From Catajapyx aquilonaris (taxonomy: Eukaryota), in contig JYFJ02000293.1 in the NCBI GenBank assembly GCA_000934665.2, positions 1-64,000 on the forward strand: 64,000 bases of DNA, read 5' to 3'. This document shows positions 59,641-64,000 of this stretch, piece after piece. A program made the translations under genes and the position numbers. Under the pieces are notes generated by a model. The model saw only the letters and a program-made list of their open reading frames with translations, was not told where the DNA came from and made no database searches. How positions within the stretch are numbered: the first letter of the stretch is position 1; each line of letters opens with the position of its first letter.

Positions 59641-60511
59641 GTATGTCGAGGTCTTGCCAAATTAGATGCTGAAATTCCATACGAGCCATACAAGTACACT
59701 ACTGTTCGTAGTACGTAGTGCGCATATTCGGACGCGGCCACCATTCGAATGAAAAAACTTTTTTTTTTTCTTCTTCTCCCGCGACATTTAAATATATTGA
59801 TCTATCGATTTGTTGTCATTTTTTTAATCCACTTTATTATTTTTTTGTCCCAGTTGCCGGGGTCTGGCCACTCTGCTCCCGGCAAAATAACCGATCAATT
59901 GATTGATCCAACTTTTCTGCTCGTAATTATAAGGAGCACAAGGCATTTTTTTTTGTACTAATTACAGCTAATTAGCATGTACCCCGCATGAGTAATTGTA
60001 TGCACAATAAGTGTGTGCGCTTTGGAGTAATAATATCTTGCGACAACCATACAAATTTAATGTACATTATTATTGTTAATTGCTAATTTTTTAATTAACC
60101 CCCTTATAGCTGGAAATGTTGTGGTTAATTGCTAATTAAAATGTCCATGATTAATTGTTCCTGTATGGACAATAGTGTACGTAGATTGCTTTCATGCCCT
60201 GTGCGCTGCTTTGGTGTTGCGACAACTGTACGCATTTAATGTACATTGTTAATTGCTAATTAACATGTTACGGTTTGATAGGTGACCTGTACGGACAATA
60301 ATTTCATGCCCGAGAGCAAGTACGCTGTGACATGAACTATAATTATTACAAGCGGACCAATGTGATTTAATGAATGAATTAACGTTGCTAAGTAGCGCTA
60401 AGTACATGCGTTTACATTGCCTTTCTTATTGTTGCGCACGAATGACTTCCCTTTGAACATGGCGCAGGTATTGACAAGGACAGCTCCGGTTCAATCGAGC
60501 GTAAGGAGGCG

Positions 60512-60613
60512 ATGCTGCTGAACTTCATCTTTGCAATGCTCATTTACTACGTGCTGAGGATCGTACTAGGCAAGATTTGGAACCGGATCCGTCCAGCGAG
60601 GGCCGCAATCTAA
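60512..60613 (+). CDS. putative 33-aa transmembrane micropeptide (uORF/smORF)
   Basis: MLLNFIFAMLIYYVLRIVLGKIWNRIRPARAAI; G/C-ending codons in an AT-rich region; flanked by acceptor CAG at 60467 and donor GTACGT at 60625. Confidence 0.5.
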   Translation: MLLNFIFAMLIYYVLRIVLGKIWNRIRPARAAI

Positions 60614-60803
60614 TTCGGATTAACGTACGTACCACCATGAAAATAGTATGGTCTCGTTACTTGTTGTATGAAACGTTACTTGCAGGTTTTACAGCCGGTA
60701 CCAAGTTCATCGCTGTCGTTACTTGCGATTGAGTTGCAGCAGGTAATTGTTGATCGGCTTTTATACTGGGAAGTGTCTCACTCTTTTTATGCTTTCTACA
60801 GCT

Positions 60804-63800
60804 ATGGACGGTGAGCGGGACGACCCAAGTGACGCCCAGGATGCGGATATTGAGGATGGCTCGGAGGCGGACAGGCGGAGTCCACGGTCGCCGGTGTACC
60901 GCCAGTCGATGCGGCTGCCATCGGTGTCCAACTTGGAGACGGGCGATCTCCAAGAAGCGATGCGTTTGCACGAGGCGATAAAAGTCGAGAAATCCAAGCC
61001 AGCCGCTGACAGTTCAGTCGAGAGCCACTTATCATCCACGTCGTATGGGTTGCCCCCTGCGACGGGCGGCTCCAGGCGTCAGTTTGAATCCTGGCAGCCA
61101 CCGGCACACATGCAGTTCAGGTGGTCCGTGGACAACAGAGAGGATCCGTCCGAAGAGGATTCGCTGTACCTCAACCCGGACCACCCGCTGATGACCCGCT
61201 ACCAGGAGACGCTCAAGACCTTTCTGATCCAAGCGCTGGAGAAGTATAAGATTGAAAAGCATGTCACGGTATGTAACCTGCAATTTAGAGACATACGGAC
61301 AGTTGAATTTTCCGCTCGTTGTTGTGCAGGACGGCGGATTGAAGAAGGCGAGGGAAGAGCGGAAGACCATAGCCAACCACTTGCTGACAGTGTCCGACTT
61401 GTACAAAGGCGCAGTCGAGACGTTTGACAAGACCCAAGCTGAGCTGGACCGGGCCGGAGTGGAGCGGGAGGAGATCGAGGACATGTTCAGGCAGGCGAGG
61501 GCCAAGTGGGAAGTACTGATGGACCAACAGGATTCGATGCGAGTGGAAGAGCGGGATCTGCGGAAGGCGCTGGAGATGATGCAGGTGAAGCAGTCGATGC
61601 TGGAGGGAGTGGACGAGCGGATGCTGATGGAGCTGCAGCTGCTCAAGTCGGCCGAGGGACGAGTAGCATCGCAGAAGCTGAAGACGGCCATAGCCAAAAA
61701 GGCGCAGGATATGCTTATCGACAACTTAACACGCAAGCAGGACGACTCCAGAAATCAGATCCTGACGTTCAAGGCACGGTTGGACGCGCAGAAAGAGGAG
61801 GTCGAACAGACTAGGACTCTGAAGATGGCCGGACGGCTGCAGGTACGTCCACTTGTTCGCTCACATGTACGTAACTAACATGCTTCCGATAGGTTGAAGA
61901 GGTTAAGCTGATGATCCGACGGATGCGGATCGACTGGGGCATGGCGCAGAAGATGCTGCACAACGCGGAGGAGAACGTGTACAAGCTGGATAAGGAGAAG
62001 GTGGAGCGGACGGCCTTGCGGCAGAACCTCAAGTTCGACTTCAGGTCGGCCTGTCGAGCGCTGGAGAACCAGCAGCGCGTTCACGAGCGGATGCAAGGCC
62101 ACAAGAACACGGTGGACCTGAAGGTGTTCCAGGCCAGGAAGCGGGCCAAGAACGAGGACGACAAGGTCACCAAGATGTACGAGGAGTGGCTCCAGAAGCA
62201 GCGGATCCTGGAGGAGGAAGAGCAGAAGCTCCAGACCGTCCTGCAGAAGCTCCGCGTCAAGGAGGCCCTCCGCGAGGAGTACCGCGAGCTCTTCAAGAAC
62301 GCGTACCAGGAGCGGTACGAGCTGCGGATCCAGCTGATGCGCAACCTGGAGGACCACTCCTGCACCGGGAAGGGCACCACCAGCCTCCACCAGCGGCTGG
62401 AGGCTCTCCAGAACCAGTCGGCCAACCTGAACCAGGAGCTGCATTTCGACAAGAACCGATTGGCAGGGCGGTACTTGGACCTGGAGGTTCAGGAGAACCG
62501 GCTTGCGACCAAGCGGAAGGAGCTGCAGGTGCTGCATGACGGGTTCCAGCAGCAGTGCGGCACGCTGGATAAGGTCGAGGTGGAGCTGAGCAACGCGGTG
62601 CTGGAGGAACGCCGCGGATTGGTGCAGCTGGACATTCTGACAGGTACGTACTGGCGGCCACTGTGGATTCCGCTCTAACGATGCGTCTCGTAGGCAAGCG
62701 GCATGAAGCGGAGGCCTACTACAAATCGAAGCAGGCTCAAGCCGGCCCGTTGCAGCACAAGCTCCACCGTATGGAGGAAACGGCGTCCGTCCTGAAGCGA
62801 TCCATTAAGGACATATTCGAGAGCTGGCGCGGAAAGCGGAATGGGCTTCTCCAGAAGACCCGGGCGCTTCACTCGCTGTCGACCACCCGGCACTACAGGC
62901 TGCAGGAGTCGGCCGCGCTGAGGCGGTACGTCCAGAAGGAGGAGACGAGGATGGAGGACCTGGCGAAGGAGGTGAAGAAGGAGGAGGACATCATCATGCG
63001 GATGGGAGAGCAGGTGTCGAAGCTGCACAGCGAGAAGAAGCTGCAGGCTGGCGTTAAGGTGGCGGCGAAATGGGGGAACGTGATACTGCAGGACGAGCAG
63101 GCTCATAAGGTACGTCGTCGTCGCTTCATGTCACGCAGGTACTAATCGCGGTTGTTCAGATACGGGAGCTTGAGAGCGCGACGTTGCGACTGGCGAGCGA
63201 CATCGAGGGGAACAAGGCGGGGCAGCAGCGGTTGGCCCTAGCCCTTCTGGACCGCCGGGACGAGCGGCTTTTCTGGGAGAAGCGGCTCCAGACGGCGCAG
63301 GAGGCCCGAGAGACCATCAAGACGGCGGAGGAGCCGGAGATGCACCACATGAAGCAGCAGATCCACCACATGGAGGTGCGGCTGAGGGAGCTGCTGCGGG
63401 TGCAGGAGAAGGTGCTGCAGGACATGGAGAAGGGCGTGGGTCAAAGGGCGCACATGTACACGAAGGCCGAGTGCAGGCTGAGGCGGTCCGAGACGGTCGC
63501 CAAGAGCAAGGAGGCCAAGCAGGAGAGGGCCATCCAGCTGCTGCAGTTCAAAGTCGAGAAGGCCAAGAAGGTAAGGCTCGCTTAACGAGAAGCTGCGGCA
63601 ATGTGACTGAAAGCGCGACGTTGCAGGAGTCGGCGTATTGGGAGCAAGCCGTTGATTCGATGCGAGTCAAATCCGTTAACCTGAAGACCAAAGTGGAGCT
63701 GGAGCAAGAGGGCGCTTGTCGAATGCACCACAACTTGGAGCGCTTGAAGGCGGACGTGCAGCACGCTTGGGTGCAGAAGATGCGGGGAGTCGAATCCATC

Positions 63801-64000
63801 GTGGCCCAGCAGAACAGGGTGAAGACGTACGAGGACATCAAGAAGGGGAAGGTGAAGGTGCCGTTAAGCAGGGAGCCCCAGGAGCTGGAGGATCTGATCC
63901 AGGAGCAGATGCGGTGCAGGGAGGCCATCGTGGAGATGCTGGTGCAGTGCATGCAGGACTGCAGGCCGCAGGGGCTGCTGCTCAAGAAGGCGTTGCACAT
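60804..64000 (+). CDS. CCDC40: coiled-coil domain-containing protein 40-like (axonemal ruler), 3'-truncated by window
   Basis: Exons 60804-61268, 61330-61842, 61893-62643, 62694-63109, 63160-63570, 63627->64000; acidic N-terminus, then LNPDHPLMTRYQETLK (recalled CCDC40 LDPDHPLM.RFQ motif), long coiled coils and LFWEKRLQ..QIHHMEVRL. Confidence 0.78.

Noticed and set aside
61032..64000. Long minus-strand ORFs over CCDC40 (similar ones over INCENP and the GABA genes)
   Set aside because: Antisense shadows of GC3-rich coding sequence; no splice or domain support

Overview
Eukaryotic genomic DNA from an arthropod, probably not a holometabolous insect (inferred from the intronless divergent ionotropic receptors, many 50-75 nt introns and a PAR-type alpha-like GABA subunit). 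Gene order: a tandem array of divergent ionotropic chemoreceptors (IRs) on the minus strand (one frameshifted copy, a 5' ghost of a deleted copy, two intact copies); a head-to-head pair of Cys-loop GABA-receptor subunits (LCCH3 on minus, an alpha-like subunit on plus); a RhoGAP (minus) divergent from INCENP (plus); one gustatory receptor (plus) convergent with Ptp10D (minus); and CCDC40 (plus, truncated by the window end). Exon models were built by hand from GT-AG sites, and each complete model sums to a multiple of 3. Introns and intergenic DNA carry many MITE/foldback elements, a tRNA-derived SINE and several transposon-derived minisatellites. Two leads stand out. (1) The LCCH3 + alpha-like pair looks like a co-regulated, vertebrate-style beta/alpha GABA-gated chloride channel rather than the cation-type LCCH3/GRD channel of insects. 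(2) An unannotated 33-aa transmembrane micropeptide ORF appears to be spliced into the 5' leader of CCDC40. No database searches were run; all names come from recognised motifs.
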